Shown here piece after piece: positions 1-14,927 of a DNA stretch of 64,000 nt. The DNA comes from Eledone cirrhosa (taxonomy: Eukaryota), in the NCBI GenBank assembly GCA_964016885.1, contig OZ024741.1:313100001-313164000 (forward strand), written 5' to 3'. How positions within the stretch are numbered: the first letter of the stretch is position 1; the number at the start of each line of letters is the position of its first letter. The notes beneath the pieces are model-generated. The model was not told the origin of the DNA and ran no database searches. It saw only the letters and a program-made list of their open reading frames with translations. Made by a program: the position numbers and the translations under genes.

Positions 1-124
1 CCCCCACACTTGTCTTTTAAAAAATCTCATATCAAAAAAGAAAAATAGTTGATGACACCTGTACTTTCAAACATTCGATCGCTGAAGAGAAGAAAAACCC
101 TCAGAGGTACAATAACATTTCATT

Positions 125-305
125 AATTTGGCACTATCTGTAGAGGGTCGGACGCCATGCTTTGCAGCACAGTTACGTTTAAGGACTGAGTTCAAATTCC
201 GCCGAGGTTAATTTTGCTTTTCATCCTTACGGGGTCGATAAAATAAAGTACCAGTAATACACTAGTATAATTGCTGGCCTTGTGCCAAAAGTAGGAACAA
301 TTAAT
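125..305 (+). mobile_element. tRNA-derived SINE (Meta/MESC-like central domain)
   Basis: B-box-like gagttcaaattcc, core gcttttcatccttacggggtcgataaaataaagtaccag; multiple copies in window. Confidence 0.75.
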
Positions 306-615
306 TTCCCTTTCCCCACACCAATGTATATATGGACATAAACACTTGAGTAGATGTGTGTACATATATGTATAGATGTGTTTTTTTATATATGTATCTG
401 TAGGTATACAGGTATATGTGTACATGTTTATATGTATGTGTGCATGTGTGTGTGTATATGTGTATGTATGTACGTGCGTATGTGTGATATATATGTGTGT
501 GTGTGTGTGTGCATGTGTGTATGTGTGTATATATATATATATATGTGTGTATATATACATATGTGTATATGTGTGTGTGTGTATATGTATGTGTGTGTGT
601 ATGTATATGTATGTA

Positions 616-646
<31 letters not shown>

Positions 647-716
647 TTATTTTTATTTTATAGAAGGAGCTTCTACAGGACTAGTACTGTTTCATTCAGA
701 TGAAATCTTCAGGAAC

Positions 717-765
717 AGTTCCTGAAGATTTCATCTGAATGAAACAGGACTAGTCCTGTAGAAGC
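717..765 (+). ncRNA. Hammerhead-like motif in a fold-back element (inverted copy ~669-716)
   Basis: ttc-CTGAAGA-tTTCatctGAAt-GAAA-CAGGACTAGTCCTG-TA-gaa. Confidence 0.6.
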
Positions 766-1459
766 TCCTTCTATAAAATAAAAAAAATTTACTCTGCCAT
801 GTATTGAGTACCTTACTTACTGTGGTTATCCCCGACTCAACCCGGGACCTACGTATATATATATATATATATATATGTGTGGGTGTATATGTGTGTGTGT
901 ATGCGTATATATATGCGTATGCATGTGTGTGTGTATATGTGTATGTGTGTGTATATATACATGTATCGGTATATATGTATGTGTGGGTATGTGTGTATAT
1001 ATATATGTGTGTGGGTGTATGTGTTGATATGTTTGTATGTGTGTATGTCTGTATGTAATATATATATCGACTGTAAATATATTTACATATAGGGAAGTGA
1101 GTATGAGAGTTAGCATGCCCCCCCCCCCCCCCCCCCCACACACATACACACACTTCCTCTCCCAAACCAATATCAACAACATACATGTCTTACAAATGTT
1201 CCAAAACTATCCTCCTTTTTTCTTTTTACTCTCATCCCATTCTTATCAAAAGACATGTATCTTACACCTCATTAAAACCCACACACACATCTAAATTTAT
1301 CTTTGATATATAAATTTGTAGAATATATTCTTTATAAATTTAAGAGTGTTGATTTAGCTATGACATTATATACTTATCAAAGGTCAGCTAATGAAATAAA
1401 ACCAGCTGGTGGGGATGTTTACAACCACTTTCTCAAACACCCTTATCTTGCAACCTCGC

Positions 1460-1541
<82 letters not shown>

Positions 1542-1899
1542 GTGTGTGTGCGTGAATGTGTGTGTGGGGTATGCTTTAATTCCTCCAAATCTTCATCAAC
1601 ACTCATAAACACCACACCCCACACCCAGACACATCCAAATCTCTCTTATATATTGTCCCACATCTCAACACAACCTGATGTCAATTTGACAATCGCCACC
1701 GACGAATGCGAGATAGTTCTCCAACAAAGTTAACCGGGAATCTTTAAAATTCTTCCAACCGAAGTTAAGTTAACAAAGAACTTACTAGATTTCCCAACTC
1801 ATAATATTATAATATTATAAAATCAAATCAAATTATTTAACACTACAACTCAAGTCATTCTTTTCCTTTTTTTCAAATATACCTAACTGTATCAAGGAC

Positions 1900-1945
<46 letters not shown>

Positions 1946-1999
1946 TATCACAACAACGAACGTCTTTACTACTACTACACACACACACACATATTTGTT

Positions 2000-2436
2000 T
2001 TGAAAGACTTATTTTTCAGTGACTTCTCAATCAGCCGAAACAAACCTACATTTGGCGGAAAATCAATTTTTTACATTCACATGACGTCTCCCGACCAATC
2101 AAAATTGTTTTGAGCACAAGAATGTTTGCAACACGAATTGGCGCGAAACTTATGTTAATACCTCTGGAGCCACCTTTTTCACATAAAAACAGGTAGAATT
2201 TCCAAAACTAATCAGATTAGAGCAAACATCACGGACGCTCTATCTCAAAATTATTTTTGAAAAGCATTATAAATGCGCAACAGGTAAAACTTAAAACCAA
2301 AACTGAATACTAACCAATACTATTACTAATTTTCACTTATTCCTAATTAAACTATTTTTCACTGTGAACAAGTTGTCAGCATTTTCGTTTCCGTTTACCA
2401 ATATATCATAACTCGTGTGTTACACCTCTATTCTTT

Positions 2437-2440
<4 letters not shown>
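2000..2440 (+). repeat. Unclassified interspersed repeat (copies 12290-12790 -, 13735-13925 +, 62210-62355 -, 62500-62960 +, 63000-63190 +)
   Basis: Shared ccgaccaatcaaaattg..cagattagagcaaacatcacgg..aaatgcgcaacc. Confidence 0.8.
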
Positions 2441-2469
<29 letters not shown>

Positions 2470-2788
2470 GCCGTTAAATGTAAGAATATCAGTAATAAAT
2501 AACGCAGAGACTGATAAGTAGTGTAAAAGTTTTACTATTTGTGAATGTAATTTTGTTACTTATATTGATTGTTACTTCCATATGGTTTCGGAACATTATA
2601 TTCAAATATAATCTCTCTTTGGGCCATGAAGTGTATCGATATAATATTCAATCTGGTATTCAGTTTCATTCGTTTGTCATAATCTCAAAAATATTGATAT
2701 GGTATAAAATTGTATAATTTTTATCTCATTTATACCTGTATGTACATAAGGATATCTGCAATATTATTATCTATACTGATAATTTCAG

Positions 2789-2859
2789 CATGTCGAGCAG
2801 GAAAGTTCGGGTTAGATTGTAACGAGACATGTCATTGTATCAACAACATTTACTTTGAT
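2789..2859 (+). pseudogene. Truncated EGF-like exon (5' half only)
   Basis: tttcag acceptor then [24 protein letters not shown]; runs into (TA)n and a fold-back element; second half and donor not found. Confidence 0.7.
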
Positions 2860-2864
2860 ATATA

Positions 2865-3181
2865 TATAAAGAAAAAAAAGATGAATTCGAAAATGCAACT
2901 GGAGACTTATTTAAAAAAAATATATATATTTATTTGGTCCCTTTACCGGTTTCGCCGTTCTTCTGCTTTTCAAAAGTAGAGTTGAGATGGAGGGTCTGTT
3001 GTTTTTCTCACATCTGTGAGAAAGACCACAGATGTGAGAAAAACTATAGTCCCTCCATCTCAACTCTACTTTTAAAAAGCAGAAGAAGTGCGAAACCAAT
3101 AAAGGAACCAAATAAATATATATATATTTTTGAAAATAAGACTCCAGTTGCATTTTCGATTCCATCTTTTTTTTCTTTATA
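2865..3181. repeat. ~315-bp imperfect palindrome
   Basis: Arms symmetric about ~3022 (tttctcacatctgtg/cacagatgtgagaaa). Confidence 0.85.
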
Positions 3182-3235
3182 CTTTCACTCGGTTATTTTT
3201 CATTTTGCAAAAGAACCTCACATTCTAATATATAA

Positions 3236-3412
<177 letters not shown>

Positions 3413-3790
3413 TGTATACGTACATACATATGTGTACACATGTGTACAGACGCACGGCGTAATTCGGGCTGTTTGTTTACAAACAAACCGAACATTATAA
3501 TAAATGTTCGGTAAACCCATACGTACATATATATATGTGTGCATGGATGTGTATATATACATACTACTGTGCGTCTATACACATATATTTATGTGCGTAT
3601 ACATACATATATTTAGGTATCAGCCGTACTAAGAGTGAGAAATGATATTGTGTTTCATTCTTTTCCATTTATCGTTTTAGGTATGCCCGGCCGACTAACT
3701 CACTCGATATGCAAATTAGACTGCTCAGCCGTTAATATGCATAAGGAAAGTATAGACTTTCAGACGTTCAATCATCTGACAGAAAGGTAT

Positions 3791-3833
3791 ACGATGCTGA
3801 CGATAGCTAATAAGCTTGAAACTAGTACATCGT
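3791..3833 (+). ncRNA. Minimal type-I hammerhead ribozyme
   Basis: acgatg-CTGACGA-tAGCTaataAGCTt-GAAA-CTAG-TA-catcgt: perfect 6-bp stem I, palindromic stem III ACTAGT, GUA cleavage triplet. Confidence 0.85.
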
Positions 3834-4112
3834 TCCTGTGTCATTGTTGAACAAAGGGGCGTCGATGATTGCCGAGCACCTACGGCGTAATTCGGGCTGT
3901 TTGTGTACAAACAAACCGAACATTATAATAAATGTTCGGTTAACTCTACGTATATATATATATATATATATATATGTGTGCATGTATGTATTTATATACA
4001 TACTACTGTGCGTCTGTACACATATATGTATGTACGTATACATACTTATATTTAGGTATCAGCCGTAATAAGAATGAGAAATGAAATTTCGTTTCATTCT
4101 TTTCCATTTATA

Positions 4113-4151
<39 letters not shown>

Positions 4152-5559
4152 AATGATTAATAAAACAGGTAGACATCAGGTGGACTTTCAAATGCTGTTC
4201 GTACCACCAATTCTTCAGAAAGTCGACTCTAACTAGTGTAGTAATTAACCATTACTGCATTCAGGATAATCCTAAGCATTTCTTGCATCACCTAATATAT
4301 ATATATAAATATTTGTGTGTGTTTGTCTGTTTGTGTGTGTGTGTGGGAGTGCGTATCATGACATTTCATCCATAAAATATATCAATCACACATACATATA
4401 CTCAAACACCAACAAGAACACACACTCAGACACGTGCGTGTGTCAGTTTGTGGGTTGTGTGTGCAAATAAGTGTAATATTATTAAAAGAAATGTAACAGT
4501 TAAAATTAAAGATAGGGAAATCCACAATAGTGTGGAGACGTTCGAAGTCTGCTCGTCGAACATTCCCATAAAACTACGAATGCTCTGATCTCTAGGATGA
4601 GTGCTCTGCCTTTGCATTCCTCCTTCAAAATGCATTCACATTCTCTGAGCGGGACCGTCAGAACTTATCGCTCTGACCTGAAATTTCTCTTGGTGTGAAA
4701 CCTGGAAATTTGATCAGGGCTTCATCTGACGGAATAGCCAGATATTCAACTCATTCAAACTTGTCCACCGAGAGGAGCCAGCACATACTGACTATAGGAA
4801 GGATGCGGAGTGATCTTCATAGTTTACACAACTGATAGCCGGATTCGTCCAACACACAAGAGCATAGGTTCGATATAAACTTACATTACTGCAATACTTG
4901 GACAGAGGAGGTGTTGTGTATGATTGTTACCTCGAGGTGTGAGCGTCTCGTACATGCATAGTTGACGGGACTTCCAGGTCTATAGAGTATATCTTGAATT
5001 GGAAAATCTCCCCAATAGCTCTGCCAGGCCATGATTTCTGGAAATTATGAATGGAGCCTCGACAGAATATCATCCCGACTATAGTGGCTAGATTATTTTC
5101 TTTAAAGCCAAGAGTTTGCCCAAGATCGTTTTAACGTTTATCCGCCCCGAATCCTCTGTATAACGCCAAGGTGGGGATTCCACTGATCGTACTGCCCAAT
5201 TTCTAGACACACCTGTTTCCAAGCACCCACTGCCGGTTTTAGTTTGACCCATGTATGCAGCACCATTAAGCAGACGTGTTTAGGAAACACATGTCTAGTG
5301 GACTGGGTGCTCGCTTGTGTCATGACACCTACATGACCACTATAGTGTGGGCTGGACGCTTTTGTCGTGGCTTTAGGGGGATCCTTTTATGGAGGAGTTT
5401 GAACACTTGGGGAGATGCTTGGGGAAATTGAGGGCGTAGGCATAGGCGAGGTTTATGGGAGAGGAGATGGTAGGGAGTGGTGTTGCATACTAGGTATATG
5501 CCTTATTCCGATAATAAATAGAAGCTGGGTCTTCTGTAATACATCGTAGCGCCAGAAGT

Positions 5560-5850
5560 CACGGTACTGTGTCATCGCCTTTGTGAGGTCTAATTGGCCA
5601 AAGTCAGCTTATATTACTTCATCCCAGGCTTCCTAGGCCTGTCTACTCCATTGCTACAATCGACTTTGAACACACTGCGCCGTTTTAAACAACTGTAATC
5701 CTGCATGCGCACTGCATGTCCATATCAACGCAATCTCCCCTCATGCAGAGAAAATGTGATCCCTCTTATGGCTAATTTCTCGCGCAGTTCGTCTATGCTT
5801 TGCCGCTCGCGTATGTTACTTTTGCACATCCATCGAAGCTTTTTTGTGCA
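5560..5850 (-). mobile_element. Degraded RTE 3' fragment
   Basis: Reverse complement reads RLR*YGHAVRM..GVDRPRK. Confidence 0.6.
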
Positions 5851-6288
5851 AAATCAGCCACGACATTACACATACTCCACGCAGCGGGTATTGGCCGAGG
5901 TCACCTTTGCCTGTCATCCTTTTTAGGTCGATAAAATGTACGAGTCTAGTAGTGGGGTCGTTTCATCCTCACTCTGGAAGAAATCTGCTGTACACAGGCC
6001 TGGAGAGGTAAGGGTCCACCAGGCTTGAAATGCCCAAGAAACGCTGTATGTCAATACAGCTCCCCAACGACTCTATCAGGAGTAACGGGAACAAAACCCA
6101 AAATAAATATGTATATATATATAGGGGTAGAACACTGGAAGATAATATCCGTAGTGGTAGAGCACTCAGTCCATGGGACGAGTTAGGTAGAAGTGGTTAC
6201 ACAACAGTAGTTCACCATACCGAGAACAATTGTTTCACCTTAGTGAAACAATTGTTCTCGGTATGGTGAACTAACTGTTGTGTAACCA

Positions 6289-6374
<86 letters not shown>

Positions 6375-6685
6375 TATATATATTCATTGATTCGTTAGGT
6401 AATTATCGTTAAATGTGGGAACAAAAACGATAATAATCGTAGCAACTGATTCCTGTTATTTTTCTGATTATATTATAATGTTTTGTAACATTGATTTTAC
6501 GGAGCATATATATTTTACTCTGTATATATTATAGAGTATCGATATCATATTAAATATGTTTATTCAGGTCCATTGGTTTATCACAATAGCATTATTGATA
6601 TATTATGAGATTACATCTTCCATGTCTCATTTAAAACTGCATGTAATAAATAACTATAACATTATTCTCTATTTGATCGATCCAG

Positions 6686-6820
6686 ATTGTGACCCAGGAA
6701 GGTATGGTTTCGATTGTAAAGGAATATGTCATTGTATCAACAACTCTACCTGCGACATGGTAACTGGATATTGCGAGGATGGATGTGCTCCGGGATATCT
6801 TGATTCTAATTGCCAACGAG
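6686..6820 (+). CDS. EGF-like repeat exon (MEGF10/CED-1/SCARF-type 8-Cys module), internal phase 1-1
   Basis: ccag acceptor, 135 nt, G|GTATAA donor; encodes DCDPGRYGFDCKGICHCINNSTCDMVTGYCEDGCAPGYLDSNCQR. Confidence 0.9.
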
Positions 6821-6874
6821 GTATAACGTAAACATGCTACTTATTTACTATATATATATATATATGTGTCTGTG

Positions 6875-6906
<32 letters not shown>

Positions 6907-8313
6907 CATGTGTGTGAGTGCATGTGTGTGTATGTATATGTATGTATGTATGTAAATATATTGAAAGATAGTGGGCCTAATGGGCTTTTACATAAATTTA
7001 TTCGGAAATATTCCATTACAAATGTTTCAACTGTTTTGACCACTATGCAGAGTTTTCTCCCTAGTATCAATCGGGTCTATTCAGGTGGTCTGCCGACCAT
7101 TAATATATCCACCACCGGTTCTATGGAATGCTACCGATGATTAGTAGCGTGTATGTGTGTTGGTGGTACTGGGGTAAGGTCCCCATGATTCTAGAAATCG
7201 GTATTGACGTGGTCACCACTTTATAGGGTGGTTGATATTCGAGAGAACAATGAATATTATCAGCTCCACTATCTGTGCACACCTGGTTCTCCATAGAACC
7301 AGTTGTGGATAAACTAATCTGAAGAGACCAGATGTATGCTAAGGAAACAACACTATGCATAGTCTCCAAACCCCTAGAAACACAGGCAATGGAAAATTTC
7401 CGGATAAATTGATGTAAAAACTATTTATGCATACATATTCTTCGATGTATATAGCCTGTCTTCCACCAGATGAAATCTGAAATGCTTCAGTTGCGTGCTT
7501 ATTTCAGGATAATTCGAGATCTTGCAGTTCCAGTACTGTTGGAGTGTTGATGCAGCATCCTAACTCCACTTCTATCTGTATATATATATATACATATGTA
7601 GTCGTAAAAAAACGGAGGTTATATCCAACAATAGTAGAATAACCTATCTAAACGGTGAGTTGGGTATAGACTTTAGGAAAACAAACTTGAGATTAAGCAT
7701 CTCATCCGAAGAATTATTCAAATCATGTATGTGTATCGGTAGATCTAGCTGGATTCTCATACTCTCATATGCTAAGTATCGAGTACTCTGTAGAGTAATG
7801 GTCTAACTAGTTTTTAACTGGTTGTATACTGATATATATATATATTATGAAGGTAGAGACTCTAGTTTTCATTAAGGCATCTCTCTAGAAGAAGATCGCT
7901 GATATAAAATAACCTTGCAACTTCCTTTGTATCCAATGATGTAGACCAGTTCTTACTTCAGGAAAAATGCATTCGAGTTTCAGAGAGTGGGATTGGATGC
8001 CTGCAAAGGATTTCCTCACTTAAAATTGCTGCAAGCACAGACATTGCTCAATAAGTGATATTTTTGCGATGTATGTTATTGCTGGCTATGCTAGCATGGC
8101 TAAAAACCACGTCCGTGCAGCCATTGTATATATATTAATAAAAGATCGGCCATATTCAGTTGATTCAGATTTATTTAACTCCGTTATACATATTTCGCTA
8201 ATGATTATTTTTTATTAACAAATAACGCTCCGGCTTGCACCATTATTACAGATTGTCTTTTTATCTGGTTCACAAACAACATACCACAATGTTCGGTTAA
8301 AACCATACTCTAA

Positions 8314-8393
<80 letters not shown>

Positions 8394-8521
8394 AAAAGTT
8401 CTATTTAAATTGTTGGGATACAACAAGCAAATATTTTTATAACTGATATAAAGCACTCAACAAATAATTAGAGTAAAAATACGATATTAACAAATGGAAA
8501 CTATATTTATAAAACCATATT

Positions 8522-8586
8522 TATTTCATTATACATATTTCAAGGACACCAAGTTAAATTATGGTGTGCTTTCATCAGATGAAATA
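8522..8586 (-). ncRNA. Minimal type-I hammerhead ribozyme (inverted copy)
   Basis: Reverse complement of 8901-8965 with perfect stem I atttcat/atgaaat. Confidence 0.8.
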
Positions 8587-8900
8587 TAATAAGAGCAGTT
8601 TTATAAATAAATATTGACATACCCTTAAAGAATGCAACCATTGCTGTTGGAAGCCCCCGGATAGTGGGGTTATAACTTTATTTATACTATTATGTAAATT
8701 ATTATTGGATATTTTAAAATAAGCCGTTGGGTAACGAAGAAATAGAAAGAGAAACCCAACGGCTTATTTAAAAATATCCAATACTAATTTACATAATAGT
8801 ATAAATAAAGTTATAACCCCACTATCCGGGAGCTTCCAACAGTAATGGCTGCATTCTTTGAGGGTATGTCAATATTTATTTATAAAACTGATCTATATTA

Positions 8901-8965
8901 TATTTTATCTGATGAAAGCACACCATAATTTAACTTGGTGTCCTTGAAATATGTATAATGAAATA
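8901..8965 (+). ncRNA. Minimal type-I hammerhead ribozyme
   Basis: tattttat-CTGATGA-aagcacacca...tggtgtcctt-GAAA-tatgta-TA-atgaaata; stems I, II and III all pair. Confidence 0.8.
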
Positions 8966-9004
8966 AATATGGTTTTATGAATATAGTTTCCATTTGTTAA
9001 TATC

Positions 9005-9240
<236 letters not shown>

Positions 9241-9392
9241 ATATAGTAATAATAATACATTTGAAGACTAAATCCAAAGAGGGCTCGATAAGGATAAATA
9301 TATATCAAATATATAAGAACCGTAGAGCGAGTATTTATTAAAATAAGGGTGAAAGCAGCCATTCTTTGCTTAAACTTTAATCTGTTATTTTA

Positions 9393-9485
<93 letters not shown>

Positions 9486-9599
9486 TTATATTTATATATA
9501 TATATATATATTTTCACTGCCAAATCAACCTCTTCAAATGCAAGTCGATGTTGTTACGGTATGTCGAATCTATTTATCTATAAAACTGTTTATATTGTA

Positions 9600-9663
9600 A
9601 TTTGTCTGAGGAAGGCATAGCATATTGTTAATATGATATCCCTGAAATATATATAATGAAATA
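9600..9663 (+). ncRNA. Hammerhead motif, same family as 8901 and 35433
   Basis: CTGAGGA-aggcatagcatatt gtt aatatgatatccct-GAAA-tatata-TA-atgaaat. Confidence 0.65.
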
Positions 9664-9793
9664 AATATGGTTTTATAAATATAGTTTCCATTTATTTAAT
9701 ATTGTAAATATACTCCAAATATTTGTCGAGTGCTTTTATATCAGTTATAAATATTTACTAGTTGTAACCCAACAATTTTAAATATAACTTTCC

Positions 9794-9864
<71 letters not shown>

Positions 9865-11040
9865 GGTGTTAAAGTTTGCTTCAAGCATTGTGAAATATGT
9901 AAAATATGTAGTTTAGAAAGCCACAACAATGCAGATGGGAAATCTCGAGGTAGGAAGTGAGTGAGAAATAGGAGAAAAGTGAAAATTGAGAGAAACGAAA
10001 AAACGAAAACAAAACAAAGGTAGAAGGTTTACCGTAGTGGAGATTTAATCCCAATATTTCGGGCTCACGCCCATCAACGGGGGGAAAGTTCCAAAGGGGG
10101 GGGGACAGGCTAAGCCGGAGAAAGTTGTATTGTCGTTAAAACATAGGAATGCCGTTATGGGGAAAAGATTCAAACGAGGGAAAGAATGCGCGTGTGCGTG
10201 ATAGGCTGTGGCAAATGCTACTGACCAATTGGGTTAAATCAATAGGGTGCGCTAGCGTGTGAAAGGCGTAAAATGTGTGTGTGTAAATATATATGTGTGT
10301 GTAACTGTGTGTGTATATGTGTATATATATCCTAGAAGCGATCGTAAAATGATGAATTTTTTAATATAAGGAACTGTTTCTTTGTTTATTCATTATTTTT
10401 ATTAATTTATCTTGACTCTGTTTTCCTGTACTTTTCATCGAATAAAATTTTTGAATACATCTTCTCTTTTCATGATATTCGGATTACATTGAGTTCTTCA
10501 TACGGATTGGACACTACCGTACATTTTGCTAGATTTATCTACTTATATATTGATATATATATAGTAAAATAGTAAAAAAACGTAACATCCTTAGGAAATC
10601 AGCTTGTTGGTATATGTTATATTGTTATATATATTGCTATACTTGGGAAGAGTCATATTGTTATGATATTATTGAATGTATTTAAATAAGTTAAATAAAA
10701 ATAGCGTAGGCATTATAACACAACTGGAGGAAATATAACAGCACCAATGATGATGATGTCACAGATATGTGATGAACGAATTTTGGTAGACTATATTAAT
10801 ACATTTATATCTGTATTTTTAACCGTTGGTCAAACAATGATAAACATATATTGCAAGATAAATAAACGATGGAGATATAAAAGGTACAGAAATGAAAACC
10901 AACCCAAACCAAACAGTGAAGGTGTTCTATTATTATTTCTGGCAATATTATAACAATATGTCCCGGCCCAAATATAACAATATTTGTTTCAAGAAGATTC
11001 CATATCAAAAACCTTGCAAAACAAATATATATATATATAA

Positions 11041-11081
<41 letters not shown>

Positions 11082-11103
11082 TGTGTGTGTGTGAGTGTGT
11101 GTG

Positions 11104-11156
<53 letters not shown>

Positions 11157-11182
11157 GTGTGTGTGTGTGTGTGTTTGTTTGC

Positions 11183-11213
<31 letters not shown>

Positions 11214-11651
11214 TGGGCGTGTGTGCTTGTATGTGTCAAATATATTTATATATACATATAAATATATATATATGCGAATTGGCATATATATATGTATGAG
11301 TCGTTAGAATGCAGGATGGATTGTTCATATATTATTTCCGATTCTCTGCTCTATACGTTCATATAGCGCCGAGATCAACTTTCCTTTCATTCATTTAAGG
11401 TCGATAAAACAGTACCAGTAAAGCAGTATATATATGTGTGTGTTTGTAAATATGATGTTTAATATATAAATCGCTTCTACAGGACTAGAATAGTTTCATC
11501 CATTTTGAATGATGAAATAGTTCTATTTCCGTAGAAGCCTTGTCTATATTAAACGGGATATTTACACCCTACTATAGTATGTTGTTCGATACTTGAACTG
11601 GTTGCATCCGATTGAAACCGGGACTAATATAAATATGAACAAATGTATATA

Positions 11652-11821
<170 letters not shown>

Positions 11822-12253
11822 TTATTTACACTTATATTAGTCCTGGTTTCAATCGGAGATAACCAGTGTAAGTATGGAACAAAATACAATTGTAGAGTGT
11901 AAATATCACGTTTAATAAAGATATGGTTTCTAATGTATTAGAACTATTTCATTCAATATATATGTATTTCATTCAATATTTATGTATTTCATTCAATATA
12001 TATATATATAAACTAAGAATATTTTAGAAACAGCGAGCGTGTTTAAAATTATTGTAAATGTAAGCTATCGCCGTATTTTGACTAAAGAAATTCAAGAAAT
12101 CATTTAGCCTGATAGTGGGGTTAAGAACCCTCATAGAAATGTACGTCAATACTCATCTTTTTCCATTTCTCGGAGGGTTCCTAAACCCACTATCAGGCTA
12201 AATAATTTCTTTAATTTCTTTAGTCAAAATACGGCGATAGCTTACATATATAT

Positions 12254-12288
<35 letters not shown>

Positions 12289-12824
12289 GTTAAAAGAATA
12301 GAGGTGTAACACACAAGTTATTATATATTGGTAAACGGAATAGAAAATGGTGACAAATTGTTCACAGTTGAAAAATGGTTTAATTAGGAATAAAAGGGTA
12401 TTAGTGATTGTATGGGTTAGTATTCAGTTGTGGTTTTAAGTTTTGAAGTTTTTACCGGTTGCGCATTTCTAAATGCTTTTCAAAAATAATTTTGAGATAG
12501 AGTGTCCGTGTTGTTTGCTCTGATCTGATTAGTTTTGGGAATTCTACCTGTTTTTATGTTAAAAAAGTGGCTCCAGCGTTATTTTTGTGTTGCAAAAATG
12601 CTTGTGGTCAAAACAATTTTGATTGGTCGGTCGAGGTCATGTGAATGTAAAAAGTTGATTTTGCGCCAAGACTGTTTTTATGTTAAAAATGTGGCTCCAG
12701 CAAAAATTCTTGGTCAAAACAATTTTGATTGGTCGGTAGAGGTCATGCGAATAAAAAATTGGTTCTGCGCCAAGATTGAGAAATGACTCTATCACAACAA
12801 ATATGTGTGTGTGTATGTGTGTGT

Positions 12825-12862
<38 letters not shown>

Positions 12863-12958
12863 GTGTGTGTTTGTGTGTGTGTGTGTGTAGTAGTAGTAGT
12901 AAGGTGTTCGATGCTGCGACAATGGCCAGCAGCGATGTGTGTCAAATGGCTATTAAGA

Positions 12959-13022
<64 letters not shown>

Positions 13023-13042
13023 TATGTGTGTGTGTGTGTGTG

Positions 13043-13088
<46 letters not shown>

Positions 13089-13169
13089 GCAGAGTAATTC
13101 GTGGTGGTAGGGATGGTCAGTAAGAATGTGTCTGAAAGCAATGGGGGGTATTTTAGCATGTCAACAGAT

Positions 13170-13246
<77 letters not shown>

Positions 13247-13921
13247 GCAGAGTAATTTGTGGTGGCAGGGATGGTCAGTAAGAATGTGTCTGAAAGCAAT
13301 GGGGTGTATTTTAGCATGTCAAAAGATATTTTTCAGCTTTTGTCTTATACGGAGAAGTGCGTGTGTGTGTGTGTGTGTGTATATAAGTCTCTTTGTATGT
13401 TGATGTACGCGTGTGTATGTGTTTGTGTATATATATATGTGTGTGTGTGTGTGGGTGGACCAGTATTTTTTTCCCCCTGGTAAAATGGTGTACATTATTC
13501 GATTTTTTCAGTAAAATCGGTTCTCTTAATAGAACATCAAAAATCTTAATAAAAGGTGTGAAATGATATTCACTATATATATATACACATACATATATTC
13601 ACTACATATATATACATATATATACATATATACATACATATATATGCACATATATTTCTTTGTATTGCGCCATAGAGCATGTGTGTTTACGTGTGTCATT
13701 GTATTTTGGACAGTCATGCGTTGGCGGAGGCAGAGCAAACAGCACGGACACTCTATCTCAAAATTATTTTTGAAAAGCATTTAGAAATGCGCAACCAGTA
13801 AAAACTTAAAAACTTAAAACCACAACTGAATACTAACCCATACAATCACTAATACTCTTTTATTCCTAATTAAACCATTTTTCAACTGTGAACAATTTGT
13901 CAGCATTTTCTATTCCGTTTA

Positions 13922-13994
<73 letters not shown>

Positions 13995-14927
13995 ATTATT
14001 ATTATGTATATATATATATATAAAGGTACCACTGTTTTCATAGCGACCTGAGTCAGAAACGAAGATCGTCGAGATTCAGACGCACTTACATCTGCTGGAA
14101 TCCGCTAAATGGCTCTTTTTCTATTAGTCTCCATTCACAGCTAAAGACATCCAATTGTTTATTTTTATTATACATTGTTGTTTATTGGCATGGAATATAA
14201 AACATGGACATAAACCGTAAATAGTTGTAAAATAAAAATGCATGTGAAGAATTTGTAAAATGTATTTTGCAGTTAACAAAATTATTTAACTTAACTGTTT
14301 TATTAGTAAACAACATACTACCACACCATGAATTGATACGCGGCAATTTTAAAAACTTTAATATTACATATCCAATGTGTATCAGCATTATATGGAGATA
14401 CATTTTTACTTTCGGCCTGTTTTGTTTAGTGGAGAGATTACCGTAGTTTTTCCGATAGTTTAGATAATTCAGTGAATCAGTATACTATTAATATTATAAC
14501 TATAATCAGTATACCATTAATATTATAACTATAATATTAATACTATTGGATGTATGTATGTTCTTCTGGTTTTATAATTTCACACATTTTTACCAATAGA
14601 GAGAGAGAGTCGGTTTCTAACATAGACACAAGACTCTCTTATTGGAATTTACACAACAGTAACTAGCTAGATTATGTATGCATGTGTAGATATGGATGTT
14701 ATTGTATGTGTGCATGTGTATATGCTTTGTATCTGTACATGTGTATATGCAGTTATTAGATGCGAAATCTTTGGAATGTTTTACATATTTTTACTGTTAC
14801 ATTAATGGATTGTACTTGTAATGTCCTAACTAATGTATGTATGAATGTATTTATGTGTGTCTGTATGTGTATATGTATGCATTTAGTGTGTGTATGTGTG
14901 TATGTATGCATTTATATATATACATGT

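Noticed and set aside
192-1733. Many [12 protein letters not shown] ORFs here and throughout the window
   Set aside because: Translations of (TA)n/(CA)n microsatellites
4180-4226. Degenerate HHR-like cores here and at ~10050-10080 and ~35980-36040
   Set aside because: Core or stems too mismatched to call
4430-5550. Higher-GC block, possible old LINE
   Set aside because: No diagnostic motif readable; left unclassified
10890-11025. Possible - strand exon in unique sequence
   Set aside because: No recognisable domain; weak splice signals
13085-13322. ~80-bp duplication between (TG)n tracts
   Set aside because: Simple microsatellite-mediated slippage; not a CRISPR-like array
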